The notes under the pieces: model-generated | Seen by the model: only the letters and a program-made list of their open reading frames with translations | What the model was told of the DNA's origin: nothing | Databases searched by the model: none | Program-made: the position numbers and the translations under genes | Shown: positions 44,985 through 57,492 of the stretch, in pieces | Position numbering within the stretch: position 1 is the stretch's first letter | How the letters are laid out: each line of letters begins with the position of its first letter | Assembly: GCA_000091205.1 (NCBI GenBank) | Contig: AP006502.2 | Strand: one strand, 5' to 3' | DNA length: 64,000 bases | From: Cyanidioschyzon merolae | Lineage: Eukaryota

Positions 44985-45225
44985 GGTGCGCTTCCGCTGG
45001 TCCAGTAGCGCGGCGCGGCGTATTTGCCTAAATTCAACAAGTCAATTGACTTAAGGATCTGTTTTCGGCAGTGAGCGCTGGTGCAGCGCAGAAGCGCAGC
45101 GTATTTTCCCTAAATTCAACAAGTCAAATGACTTAAGGATCTGTTTTCGGCAGTGAGCGCTGGTGCAGCGCAGAAGCGCAGCGTATTTTCCCTAAATTCA
45201 ACAAGTCAATTGTCTTAGACAAGCC
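44985..45225. repeat. Tandem repeat of about 2.6 units of ~82 bp. Each unit carries the 14-nt perfect palindrome AAGTCAATTGACTT.
   Basis: The unit cgtattttccctaaattcaacaagtcaattgacttaaggatctgttttcggcagtgagcgctggtgcagcgcagaagcgcag is repeated at 45019, 45101 and 45183 (the last partial). It lies 70-310 bp upstream of the eS30 start codon. Confidence 0.8.
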
Positions 45226-46209
45226 TGATGGTGCGCGACGTTCTCCGAATCGACGTCTCGGTAGGCGCACCTCCAGATCCGGCAGGCAGAGGACACGATG
45301 AGCATGCCGATTTCAAAGGGAAATACGCGACCCTGAACAATTGTCGATTTGCCGGGAACCAGCAGACATCGCGTTCGAAACATACACTGTTGCTGGTGCC
45401 GCGTTCCATGCAAGACGACGGCATGGCATGACAGCATCAAGCGTGCATCTCGAACGGACGCGGTGTATTTGCGTTAGAGGCATGGCATAGACTTCGACCT
45501 CGATGGTGTTCCACGCCCAGGTACGTGTCGTCAAATGCATTTTCGTGGTTTATATCAAACGCGTTCGTAGTGCGTTCATTTGAAGAAATCAATATAATCC
45601 AACGGATCTGGTAAGGACATTGGAAGTCGAGGATCCTCGAGGGCCGGGGGCCTCAGGCCTCAGGCACCGGAAAAGCAGAACGAAAAATCCTCTCCTCGCC
45701 GACCAACGAGCGAAGAAAAGCAAGCGATGAAGGAGAAGAAGATGGGTGGTAATGGTCCAAAAAAGGTGTCCACCGGACTGGGCGATGATGAGACTGTCGT
45801 GGCACAGCGGGCACAAGTTCTAGCGATCCTCGCCATGACGAGTTCAGCCAGAGGCAATAAACACAGGAAGGTCGTGAGCCGCGACTTCAATGCCGTCATC
45901 AATATAAGATGATATGTAGTGCTGAGGACGAAAACTGCGGAGCTGACGCGTGCGAGCTTTGTGGGCCAGCCTTCTCGGCTCGAAGTGTGCCTGGATACAC
46001 TGAAGCCGATAGCATCGGGTCGGTCAGAAAAGTCTGGGAGGCATGTGCACATGGGCAGATATATTTACCTCCCATGGCCAGAGCGCGTTTCCCGTTATAA
46101 TGGCCGTGTGTATGAAGGACTGTTTTCTTAGGGCTCGAATGGATACCGAATTCGTAGGGCCCTATCGTTCGCATGCGTGTCTGAACTAGCCCTCAACACC
46201 TGTATCAGC

Positions 46210-47410
46210 TTAAAATCGGATATTGTATTGCTCGCTCAGCGTCTGTCTTGCGATTTTTTCCTAGATGCATTCGATGTACAGCCTCGACAATCAGATTGCC
46301 GGAATAAACGGCCAAGCATGTATAGTACGTGATAGGATGCCCGGTTGCTTTTTCGAAGTGCCCCCGTTGACGCTGTGCCGCTGGCGTTCGTTACGTACCC
46401 GGAGACTCGCGATGATGTGCGACGCGTTCCGATCAGTGATTCCCAAAATCAACCGGTTCCATGATCAGGTTCATATGCACAAGACTGCGTGATACTCCGC
46501 TCCTGACATGTTGGACGCGCTTACCACGCATGCGTCTCTTTTTCGATATTGTCTGTTTCACGACAACTCGTGGGTGCAGCAACTCGTGCCGCTGGATTGA
46601 CGACGACGACGACGACGACGACGACGAAATAAAAAACTCCATGTCGTCCCTTGGCGACCATACAGAAGCTCATGCACAAAGTTGTACGGATTTGATGGTG
46701 TCCAAATCATCGACTCCGATTGAAAGACAGGTCTGCCTCTGCTTTGTGGCCGCCGCCGCCGCCGAGCCGGCACATGACTGACGCAAAATACCTCCCAGGG
46801 CGTGCGCTTCCACAGGATGCCGTCTCTTCCGTTTGCATAGAATCGGGTGCTGGGCTCGCACTCGAGCCATCGCAACGATCGCTTCCAGTGGAGCGTACGC
46901 CAGCGTCTTGCACGAAACGGGCGTAGATGGACCTGAGGAACTCGACTTGCTCTCCAGCGTGGATATTCCCTCCTGGACTCGTTTCGTGATGGACAATATC
47001 GCGTTCCACCAATCCTCTATCGAATGGAACGGCGAGCGCTTTCATGCGTAGCGGGCAGCGTTCTCGAACAGAACATCGCGCGGCAGGCGCCCGTGAACGT
47101 AGAACGCGACCCCAGGGTCGGCAAACGAGGATGGGATCGAGGCGAGCCTCCTGTTGCCGTCAAGGCCACGTGGGGAGCGATGAACCGAGCGTTCACGCGT
47201 CACGAGGCAGCGATCGGAGTGGCAGCTGTGGTGGTGAACAGGTGGCAGCACCTGACCACAGGCACGTGTCACTGGTGCGAGGGGCGCACAGCGACGCTGC
47301 ATACAAAGAAGACGGAACTGGCAAGCGCGGTATCGATTGCAACTACCGTCTACGTATGGAAAGCGTTGACATTAGCCGACTGCGGCGTCGTCGGGGCTTG
47401 AACGTCGCTG
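46210..47410 (+). repeat. 1.2-kb direct repeat, copy A (about 98-99% identical to 48918..50197). Contains (GAC)9, a (GCC)5 run and a copy of dispersed family R at ~46830-47050.
   Basis: Identical ORFs appear in both copies (e.g. 46265..46492 = start of 48972..49499, and 46670..46996 = 49388..49714). Homology starts at ttaaaatcggatattg and ends at ...cggggcttgaacgt. Confidence 0.85.
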
Positions 47411-48176
47411 CCTCGCCCTCGATCGCCGACCTCAGCGAGCAAGCATGTGCGTCCGGATGCAGCCGTGTCCACTCGCCGCGCTGCGACACGCTTCGATGCC
47501 AAACCGGGTACTGTGCCCCATTAGAGCCCAATCAGCAACGCACCCAAAATCTCGCGGATGCTGCGCCCTGTAGGCTGGAGTCGGCCACAATGCAACGCAC
47601 CAACCTGGATGCGCTCGAGCATACGTGCACCCTTGGTGGCGTGCATCGGAAACGTCCACTGCGTATTTAGACAAACCTCAAATTCTGAGCATCGAGACAG
47701 GCCGAGAACTGCCAAAACATCGTAACTTGCAATGAAAGAAACTGTAATCTCTCGGCTGGCTGCCACCGCCAATCATCGCGCATTCCGGGATAATCTCATA
47801 GGCTGGTTCCCCGATGCTTCTCAAAGAATCCGAGCCAGGTACCAAGTGCGGCTGGCGCCAGATGCTCCATGGCCGGGGCGTCTTCATCGCACAGCGTGTA
47901 TGCAGCGACCGCACCGGCGCTATAGGCGCCATTGCTGTCGCTCTCGGCAGGCACTAGGCACACACGATAGGACGTATGAAACGACCAGAATATCCGAGAT
48001 GAAATATAGGTCATGTAACATGGAGGTAGGGGTTTGACAGATACCTCACCTCGCACTGAAAAAAAAAGCCAAAAAGAAAAGAAAAACGTGCATAATCGGA
48101 GAACGCTGGCCTATGGAAACGTTTCGTCCATGAAAAAACATCATTTGCCAGCGGACGCAGACGCCACAGACGTCCG

Positions 48177-48842
48177 ATGTTTCCTGCTTTGATTCGTGGT
48201 GCAGCGCGCTTCTCAGAACGTCTTCGGGGTGACTTGAGAAAAAAGATGCAGCACCAAGCCCCGAAGCCGCTGATTCTCATCGATATGGACAACACGATTG
48301 TATCATTTGACGACGCGTTCGTGAAACGCTGGAAGGAATTGGATCCACACGCCGACGAGGCCCTGATTCGGAAACGGCAGCACTTTGAACTCGAAGAAAA
48401 CCTGCCACCCGAAGCTCGGGCAATAGCGGAGAAAATCATGGGGGAGCCCGGGTTCTATGCCTCGTTTCGACCACTGGAAGGAGCTATCGTGGCCCTGCGC
48501 GCGATGATCGACCGGTCCTGGGAGGTCCGGCTGTGCTCGGCCCCGCACCCGCTACAGTGGGAAGACTGCGTGCGAGACAAGTACAGCTGGGTCCGCGAGC
48601 ACCTGGGTAGCGATTGGCTGCACCGCATTATGATCGTGCGTGATAAGACCTGTGTTCGTGGTTCTGTGTTAATCGACGACAAACCCAGTATATCGGGGTT
48701 CTATCCCGATCCCGAGTGGCTCCACGTCGTTTTCGATCAGCCGTACAACCGCGACGTGGAGGCGCGAGCGCGCCTGAGTCACTGGTCCCAATGGGAAGAA
48801 GTGCTTACACCGATCCTGAAGGCTCAAGGGTTTTCTGTTTAA
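48177..48842 (+). CDS. 5'(3')-deoxyribonucleotidase (NT5C family, HAD superfamily).
   Basis: ATG start. LILIDMDNTIVSFDDAF (DxDx[T/V] HAD motif I), EHLGSDWLHRIMIVRDKTCVRGSVLIDDKP and SHWSQWEEVL are collinear with cytosolic and mitochondrial dNT-1/dNT-2. Confidence 0.8.
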   Translation: MFPALIRGAARFSERLRGDLRKKMQHQAPKPLILIDMDNTIVSFDDAFVKRWKELDPHADEALIRKRQHFELEENLPPEARAIAEKIMGEPGFYASFRPLEGAIVALRAMIDRSWEVRLCSAPHPLQWEDCVRDKYSWVREHLGSDWLHRIMIVRDKTCVRGSVLIDDKPSISGFYPDPEWLHVVFDQPYNRDVEARARLSHWSQWEEVLTPILKAQGFSV

Positions 48843-48917
48843 AGAAACGGAGATGAATGGGCCCAGCTGGCAACGTTTGACCGGTGAGCGAGCCGGCTCT
48901 CCAGCTAGATGCCAGAT

Positions 48918-49303
48918 TAAAATCGGATATTGTATTGCTCGCTCAGCGTCTGTCTTGCGATTTTTTCCTAGATGCATTCGATGTACAGCCTCGACAATCA
49001 GATTGCCGGAATAAACGGCCAAGCATGTATAGTACGTGATAGGATGCCCGGTTGCTTTTTCGAAGTGCCCCCGTTGACGCTGTGGCGCTGGCGTTCGTTA
49101 CGTACCCGGAGACTCGCGATGATGTGCGACGCGTTCCGATCAGTGATCCCAATATCAACCGATATCATGATCAGGTTCATATGCACAAGCCTGCGTGATA
49201 CTCCGCTCCTGACATGTTGGACGCGCTTACCACGCATGCGTCTCTTTTTCGATATTGTCTGTTTCACGACAACTCGTGGGTGCAGCAACTCGTGCCGCTG
49301 GAT

Positions 49304-49345
<42 letters not shown>

Positions 49346-50197
49346 AATAAAAAACTCCATGTCGTCCCTTGGCGACCATACAGAAGCTCATGCACAAAGT
49401 TGTACGGATTTGATGGTGTCCAAATCATCGACTCCGATTGAAAGACAGGTCTGCCTCTGCTTTGTGGCCGCCGCCGCCGCCGAGCCGGCACATGACTGAC
49501 GCAAAATACCTCCCAGGGCGTGCGCTTCCACAGGATGCCGTCTCTTCCGTTTGCATAGAATCGGGTGCTGGGCTCGCACTCGAGCCATCGCAACGATCGC
49601 TTCCAGTGGAGCGTACGCCAGCGTCTTGCACGAAACGGGCGTAGATGGACCTGAGGAACTCGACTTGCTCTCCAGCGTGGATATTCCCTCCTGGACTCGT
49701 TTCGTGATGGACAATATCGCGTTCCACCAATCCTCTATCGAATGGAACGGCTAGCGTTTTCATGCGTAGCGGGCAGCGTTCTCGAACAGAACATCGCGCG
49801 GCAGGCGCCCGTGAACGTAGAACGCGACCCCAGGGTCGGCAAACGAGGATGGGATCGAGGCGAGCCTCCTGTTGCCGTCAAGGCCACGTGGGGAGCGATG
49901 AACCGAGCGTTCACGCGTCACGAGGCAGCGATCGGAGTGGCAGCTGTGGTGGTGAACAGTTGGCAGCATCTGACCACAGGCACGTGTCACTGGTGCGAGG
50001 GGCGCACAGCGACGCTGCATACAAAGAAGACGGAGGCGGCCTCTGACCGCAGGCACGTGTCACTGGTGCGAGAGGCGCACAGCGACGCTGCATACAAAGA
50101 AGACAGAACTGGCAAGCGCGGTATCGATTGCAACTACCGTCTACGTATGGAAAGCGTTCACATTAGCCGACTGCGGCGTCGTCGGGGCTTGAACGTT
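48918..50197 (+). repeat. 1.2-kb direct repeat, copy B. Carries an expanded (GAC)13 and an internal ~60-bp tandem duplication at ~49990-50060.
   Basis: Near-identical to 46210..47410. The GAC microsatellite is longer (49304..49345 versus 46599..46626). Confidence 0.85.
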
Positions 50198-51390
50198 GCC
50201 ATCAACACGCTTACAATGCGAACAATGGAACTAGAGCGGAGGGAATGACCAGCGTATTTCGTACGGGAACTAGGAGACAGGAGACGGAAGCAGTTGCAGA
50301 AATACCCCGCAAAGGCTTTTACTGATAATAATGGGAGAATACCCAATTGTAGCGTGTACGTCCTTGTTAGCTTACCAGTTCCATTTCATTCTGGTATGGA
50401 TGGAGACGGATACCCGTGGCGTCATGAAATGACGCCAGCGACCCCAACAGCATCTGCTGTGCAATCATGGCAGGTTGAATACAGGTTTACCGCTCGGTTT
50501 GGCCAGCTGGCTCCGATGCTGACGTACACCGTTGGCCATTCTTCGCGTGATGTCGAGCCTGAAGAGGCAACACATGAGGCGCCCCTTCTGCTCAGCAGGA
50601 CGCCTACGGGCGTCTGATGCGCGCGCACCAGGGAGAAAGCGCCGCCCACAACGGCGGCGATGGAAGCATGCGCTTCGCTTTCGCAATCGAATATGCTTAT
50701 AAGCAAACGGGAACGCAGCATCGGTATCGCCACATCAGTGCACGCGTTCGTTGTCACTGCAGAGACGCACCCGGCGCTGGTGGAATCGCAGGCTCAAAAC
50801 TCCGTTCGACATGCCCTGGAAACGTTTTTGCCAACGTGGATTTGCTTCGATACGGATGCACGCTGCCAGTCCACATGCAGGAGCTATCGCGCCGGGCATA
50901 ACTTGCACGACGAAGTGACACCAGCGTCGATTGCCAGTGATCAAGTCGCATCACTGGCATCCATCGGCTGCCGCCAAAAGACGAACCCAGAGGGTCCATC
51001 CGGCAAGAGACACGTATTTGATGCCGCAGCTCTGGACAAACGCCCTTCTTCGCCGTTCAGTGCTTGCATTGCGAATCTTACAGCGGGGTATCACTGAAAA
51101 CCTCGAAACAGGCGAATAGATTTAAGATGGAGTCCTCGACAATCAGCTACGCGAACAAACACTCGTACAGCACTGGAAGGCCCTTGCACTGCTGCTTCCT
51201 GTCATTTCGTGCGATGCCGGTTGCAGCGTCCACGGCCAGCGAAGCAAACGCCAGAGATACCCGCATCTTCATGCGTTCGGTGTGATCGAGAGCGTCGTCC
51301 GACAGCCAGCATGGAGCATTGAACCTTGGCGTTGCGTGGCAGTGCGTCCAAGGTCCATTCCTGCGCAATTACCAACGACCCGGAAGACCA

Positions 51391-52260
51391 TTACGTTATC
51401 GTACAGGTTGAGCAACCAACACGCCCATTCACCGCTGCTGTGTTTGGCGCATTTGTCTCTGCAACGTGTGCACTTCGTTGCGATCGAGTCGAACGAGTCC
51501 CCGAGGTCGAAGCGCGCCCCGCCTGCCGAGACGCTACCTGTCTGTGACTGCGTCGATGACGCCGTTCCGCTTCCGCGCCTGCTGCTTCCGAGCCAGGCAC
51601 CCGGTTTCGCGACGTGTTGTGCGAACTCCATAAATACGAGACAAAATTCGAGCCTAGCGGGTGCTGCGGCGACGATGGAGGCTGGGACCGAGAGCCCGAC
51701 TCCGTGGCCGGTCGAGTGACAACGTGTACCGTCTGACATAAGCCCACCTGAAAGCCGCACTCGAGAAGCGTGTCGGTATCCTCGAGCACGTTGCCGAGAT
51801 ACAGAATACGCAAGTCCGACGCGGTTGAGCACGGTGGCTGGTGGAGCACTCGGAGCTGTTCGAGGAGCTCTTTTGGCTGTAAAGCTAGGAGCGCCTCTTT
51901 CACTTGACCTATTGTCGCATAAACAGGGAAAGATACCGAAAACGCATCGCCATTCACGCAGAGGAAACGAACCTTGGTCGTCTCTAGTGCAAAAGTCCCC
52001 GGTTGCAGAACTTGCTCCGAACTCAAGCGCGCAGGCACCGTAGCTGTCACTTGTGCCTGCTCCGCTGCGTCCTGATCCTTGTCAGAGCTCGGCTCGCTCT
52101 CCATGCCGCCAGAGCCGCAACGTCCGGCGCGCTTCGCAGCGTTCCCTGTACCAAGCGAGGTATCCGAGGTGAGCGACGCGCAACTGGTGTTTTCCGCAGC
52201 AGGTCGGCGCCCTTGGTTTTCCGCGCTACGCGGCGTCTCTATTTCAAGAGCAACCTCCAT
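51391..52260 (-). CDS. Ubiquitin-like-domain protein (UBL3/MUB-like fold) with low-complexity Arg/Ser-rich C-terminus. ATG start.
   Basis: VRFLCVNGDAFSVSFPVYATIGQVKEALL...LRILYLGNVLEDTDTLLECGF...TVHVVTRP resembles a beta-grasp UBL domain. Confidence 0.4.
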   Translation of the reverse strand: MEVALEIETPRSAENQGRRPAAENTSCASLTSDTSLGTGNAAKRAGRCGSGGMESEPSSDKDQDAAEQAQVTATVPARLSSEQVLQPGTFALETTKVRFLCVNGDAFSVSFPVYATIGQVKEALLALQPKELLEQLRVLHQPPCSTASDLRILYLGNVLEDTDTLLECGFQVGLCQTVHVVTRPATESGSRSQPPSSPQHPLGSNFVSYLWSSHNTSRNRVPGSEAAGAEAERRHRRSHRQVASRQAGRASTSGTRSTRSQRSAHVAETNAPNTAAVNGRVGCSTCTIT

Positions 52261-55204
52261 ATACGACCCGCAAACTCGAACTAAGTACCGAACTGAAGTG
52301 GCGACGACGCAACGCCGACTCCGGTCCAGCGTCTGCAGCGTTCACAGGCCGCTGGCAAAACGCGGTCTGCTGGATGATGAGGCCTTACAGTCTTCTATCT
52401 GGCTCGTAAGCGAAATTAAAGACCGGAACAGTCTCTAAAGCGAGCAGCTTTGTAACATGCCTACAGCAACAGATAGGTCTGCGAGTCAAGATGATCAGCG
52501 TATCGGTTCGAGAGCGTTTGCGAGAGGCGCTCCCGTTGCTGTTCATGTACGCACTTGGGATGAATTGTCCAGGTTGGTAACAGCCACAAACAGTCGCGCT
52601 CACGGTAAACTAGGACCCATCCTCGGCATCAGTAGCACCGGTTCTTCGAATCCTCGGTTTCTTTGACAGAAACCGGTCGACGCTTCGTCTCACCGGGAGC
52701 AGAAGGCTCTGTTGGGATAACGGTAGCACATGCTTTGGCGTACAGAAGCAGTATGCCGCCCGACTCTTCCCGGGGGACAGAAAGGACCACGAGCGGAAAC
52801 AAGTGACCCACGGAAAACCTCGCGTCTTCAAGGTGAAACTGAATGCTTTCTTCCAAGAAAGCTATCGCGAACGGATACAGCCCCTCGTCTCGCTTATACC
52901 GGCATCCTCAGCCATGGACTGTAAGGGGAAGCAGTCGCGCTCGCGAACTCCCGAATTCTGAGGGTTCTCGCTCGCGACCCGTGACCCTGATCACGCGAGC
53001 TTTTATTTCCTTTCTTACTGACAACGAAGGGAACGTATTTGAATAAGGTCAAAGATTGCACGAGCTAAGCGGCTGAAAGCGCGTTCCCATCCCCGAATAG
53101 GAACTTTTTTCCCAGTTGCTTGGTCGTCACTACGGAGACTAGCAGAAACGTCCTCGAGAAACCCATCAGCTCGAGTGTCACGTCGCGTGTTGATAAATGC
53201 AATCGTCTCTGACCCGGAATTCCGGAATGACAAATCGAAATCGAAGAACAGCGAGGGTCAACGAATATGGATTACGTTGGAATGACACAGATGCTTGCAG
53301 AGCGTTCCATAACGATGGTCGCGATGGAGACGAATAACATCCAGAAGAACTTCGAGTCTCGTGTCGCTCATGACATCCAGCTGATGCACAAAGTGTAAAT
53401 GAAGGGCGTCTCGGGAGAGAAACATTGTCTGTGCCGAACCCGCTCGATGTTTTGTAAGTCTCGACGTTCCCTTCCCCCGCGAGTGATCGAGATAGGAATC
53501 CGGAGCTGAAATTGGCAGCCGAGATCGCGGAATACCTGAGGATACAGCTTCTCGAAAGCTTCTCTCTGAAAAAAGCGCCTGTCCGAGACGCGTTTTGGCC
53601 CTTCCTCTGGACATCAGATACTTGGAAGAGGGTGGAAACGCTTCGAGTACCCTGCGAGAATAGGATGCACAAGGTAGAACAGATAAACGCCGCCCCAAGA
53701 CGTTCTCTCTCCCGCCGACGAGGCGTAGCCTCGCAATTGGTTACGTTCCTTTTCGTCACGTGAGCGTCATGGGCAATCTACGATGCCATGGCATCGTGGG
53801 CATGAAAGGAAATGAACGGAAAGCGAATGAGGAATTGCAGCGGAAGTTTCACACGAAAACTTCCACATCAAAGCTGCCGAGACCGTAAACAGTCAATTCG
53901 GTTTCCGTTCTCTCTCTGGTGGATACGGTGTCAGCGTCCAACTGAAAGTATCGCCGAATACTTTGGGCGAAAGGGAGACGAAGAAAGGTGTCTGCCTCTG
54001 AAAGACAACGAAAGACTCGTGCGCGTGGACCCGGGTTTGCCAGAGGTTGTCACCTTCGTGGACTCGAGTACAGCGTGAGAAACGCGTGATTACGGCAGCA
54101 GAAGATGCAAGCGCGAGGCGAGGTTCACATACAACGCGAGGAAATCACACAGAAAAAGAACCAGCGTACAGGTGAATCGTCAGCTTGTCACCTCATTCAC
54201 GGGACGACGGACTTGGCTTACAAAACCTTTCTAAGAAGGTACTTGAGCGTTCTCCCTGAATGACTGAAACACAGAGCTCGTTCTGGATACCAGCGACTGA
54301 GACGCTGCCCGTCACCTGTTCTAACATAAAGCAGTCCATGGGATCTACACCCGCCTCTGGTGCCGAGCGGTGAAGAGAAGCCCATCGGGTTCGGAAACAT
54401 GGATGCGGGAGCTACGCACCCAAAGGCCTGTCGCAGGTGCGGTACGTCGAAAGCGACCAAACAGAAGTTCATGGAAATGCGGTATGGTTGTCTGGTACAC
54501 ATCAATGAATGCCGGTCGCCGATAACGTGTTCGTGTTGCGGAATTCGCCTCACGATCATGAAAAAGACGTCGACGACGACGACGAGGGTCATCACTAGCG
54601 AAGAAACGAAATTAAAAGAAAAGAGGTCGCCTCTCGCTCGGATCCACAAAGTACTGCACTAATTGCCTCTAAAATGCGGATCCAGGGCAAACGCTCCCAG
54701 CTGAAGCACATCATGGAACCGTTTCCACAACGGGTGCCTCAACATCCGGGAGCTATTGAAGATCAGATTCAAAGCGGCCAACAACCTGCACCGTTTCCTC
54801 GCACGATAGAAAATGATTATCACGACTCGTAGACAAGAAACCCCGTAGCATCCTTCCAGAGCAAACGTCTCGAGGCAAGAGAAAGACGATCTTGTCCTGG
54901 ATCTCGTGAACAAACAGCGTTATATTCTGATACAATCCTTCACGAGAAAATGGTATAAAAAGGGTATCCCACAATGTTTACGCATGCCTGTACGCTTCAC
55001 GATAGGCGCGTACGCACCAACACATGAACACAGCCACGGACGCCATCGGGTGAACGCGTCCCGCTCTGCGCATCTCTGCCGAGGCGCTCGCTCGCGACGT
55101 CAGCAGGGCATCCATTCGTTCCATATTCGACCTCTGGTGCCTTTAGAGTATCACTGCGATAAGTTTCTGGACGCTCTGAAAACAGTTGTACGGAGTTTCT
55201 AGTC

Positions 55205-56686
55205 ATGAGCAGCGTGTTCAGTCCAATTCACGAGGGTAATACCTATTTTTTGCTGATCCATGGAAAGTTCTTGCGCAGCGAGTCGGGTAAGACAATTACC
55301 GGACAGACACCATTCGATGGAACGCCAACGTACACCATCCAGGCAGCAACCAAGGAGGAAATCGATAGGGCGTACGAGAGCGCAGCTCAAGCGCAGCGCG
55401 AATGGCGTCGGGTGCCGCTCTGGAAACGAGCGGAAGTTGTGCATAAAGCGGCAACCATTCTGCGTGAGCACGTAGACGAAATCGCTACGGTCATTTTGCG
55501 CGAGGTCGGCAAGAACCGCAAGTCCGCGGTCAGTGAGGTGCTTCGGACCGCGGACCTCTGCGACTACACGGCCGAGGAGGGCTTGCGTATGGAAGGGCAA
55601 CTCCTGGTCGGAGACTCGTACCCCGGGCAACCGCGCAACAAGCTGTGTCTGGTTCAGAGGGTGCCGCTCGGGGTGGTGCTTGCGCAGGGACCATTCAACT
55701 ACCCCTGCAATCTGACAGGTTCCAAGGTCGCGCCCGCGCTTATGGCTGGAAACTCTTGTGTGGTGAAGGGTCCCACGCAGGGTGCAGTGTCTGCGCTGTA
55801 CTTGACTGCAGCGTTCCACTTTGCGGGAGCCCCGCCTGGAGTTGTGAATTTCGTTTCCGGCCGCGGCTCCGAAATCGGTGATTATCTCGTCCAGCACCCG
55901 CTCTGTAATTGTATCTCGTTCACTGGTGGTAACATTGGGCTCGAGGTTGCGAAGAAAGCACACATGATCCCGATGCAAATGGAACTGGGCGGCAAAGATG
56001 CGGCTATCGTCTGCGATGATGCAGATCTCGATCTAGCTGCGAAATGTATTGTTTCGGGCGCGTTCTCCTATTCGGGCCAGCGGTGCACGGCTGTGAAGCT
56101 CGTCCTCGCGGTTGAGTCGATTGCAGAGGAGCTCATTTCAAAAGTCGTGGAACGCACCCGGGCACTGACAGTGGGGCATCCCGAGGATAATTGTGAGGTA
56201 ACAGCGGTTATCAACAAGGCAGCAGCGGACTACGCGGAGAGTCTCGCCATGGACGCGAAGGAGAAGGGTGCCAAGTTCCTCCTAGAGTACCGACGAGAAG
56301 CCAACTTGATCTATCCTCTGGTTGTGGACCATGTGAATGAATCGATGAAATTGGCATGGGAGGAGCCTTTTGCGCCAGTGCTGCCCATCATGCGCGTCAA
56401 AGATGAGAAGGCTGCAGTCGCGTTTGCAAACCGTCTTCGCTACGGTCTTCAGGGTTGTGTCTTCACGCGTGATGTGAATCGCGCGATATCGCTTTCTTCC
56501 AGTATTACTGCCGGCACGATCCAAGTGAACGGTGCGCCAGCTCGAGGTCCAGATCATTTTCTGTTCCTTGGTCACAAGGACTCGGGGATTAATGCGCAGG
56601 GTGCCAAATGGAGCATCGAAGCAATGACGAAACTCAAATCAATTGTAATCAATCTCCCGGAGGAGGCGTATATGGTGGCCAACTGA
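55205..56686 (+). CDS. gapN: NADP-dependent non-phosphorylating glyceraldehyde-3-phosphate dehydrogenase (GapN, ALDH11 family).
   Basis: ATG start. FNYPCNLTGSKVAPALMAGNSCVVKGPTQGAVSA, catalytic region ELGGKDAAIVCDDADL and SGQRCTAVK. Full-length (493 aa). Confidence 0.85.
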   Translation: MSSVFSPIHEGNTYFLLIHGKFLRSESGKTITGQTPFDGTPTYTIQAATKEEIDRAYESAAQAQREWRRVPLWKRAEVVHKAATILREHVDEIATVILREVGKNRKSAVSEVLRTADLCDYTAEEGLRMEGQLLVGDSYPGQPRNKLCLVQRVPLGVVLAQGPFNYPCNLTGSKVAPALMAGNSCVVKGPTQGAVSALYLTAAFHFAGAPPGVVNFVSGRGSEIGDYLVQHPLCNCISFTGGNIGLEVAKKAHMIPMQMELGGKDAAIVCDDADLDLAAKCIVSGAFSYSGQRCTAVKLVLAVESIAEELISKVVERTRALTVGHPEDNCEVTAVINKAAADYAESLAMDAKEKGAKFLLEYRREANLIYPLVVDHVNESMKLAWEEPFAPVLPIMRVKDEKAAVAFANRLRYGLQGCVFTRDVNRAISLSSSITAGTIQVNGAPARGPDHFLFLGHKDSGINAQGAKWSIEAMTKLKSIVINLPEEAYMVAN

Positions 56687-57492
56687 GACCCTTTTGTATG
56701 GTACGTGGCATCGAAGCACAGGTCGCGGCGGATGCCGAGATGCTCCTCGCGGCATCGAGGCGTTACGACGACCGCGAATACTGAGCACGATACGCCTTTT
56801 GTGATGATGTATCGTCCGCTCTGTGTGCAGCGTTACGCGAATATGATGTGTGGTGTTCTTTATGACTCGCAGGGGGACCAATGGTGATGACTGGTGATCG
56901 TCACATTCATGAATGGGAAACTGCCGCCATCGGGCGGGTTGCGTAAACGCAGGTATCCATGCACGCCGCTGCATGCCCGCTCTTGTGACGTGCTCGAGCC
57001 AGATGGGTATCACCACACGATGAATGTCGATGATGCCACAAATCCGGTTCAGCATACTCGCTCTTGTGACGTGCTCGAGCCAGATGGGTATCACCACACG
57101 ATGAATGTCGATGATGCCACAAATCCGGTTCAAGGAGCATGGATTCCCGTCCACGGCATTTTGGGATGCAGTGATCAGTATGTGTTGGTCGACGAGGCGA
57201 TCCCTTGCTCGCTCCTGGAAACGACTTGCAGGAACGAGAAGCGCAGTGGGATACCACAACACTTTGGTGTGGCGTGTATAAAACCGATATGGGTGGCGAC
57301 CTTGGAACGTTTTGGATGCCACCACCAATGACCTCCAGTGGTACCGAGACAGTCGTAACCGCGTCTACGCAGGGAAACTTCCGATGAACGGCAGCGTAAA
57401 CAGCCATGGAAGGAACGAATCGCGCATTGAATGAGCGTACTTCAAAACAGGAAAAAGAGCCCAGCGCTTGTTTCCATTTGGGATGCTGATTT

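Noticed and set aside
46599-46626. Poly-Asp or poly-Arg coding ORFs inside the 1.2-kb repeats, as possible acidic proteins.
   Set aside because: These are (GAC)n microsatellite translations present in overlapping frames on both strands. No supporting domain.
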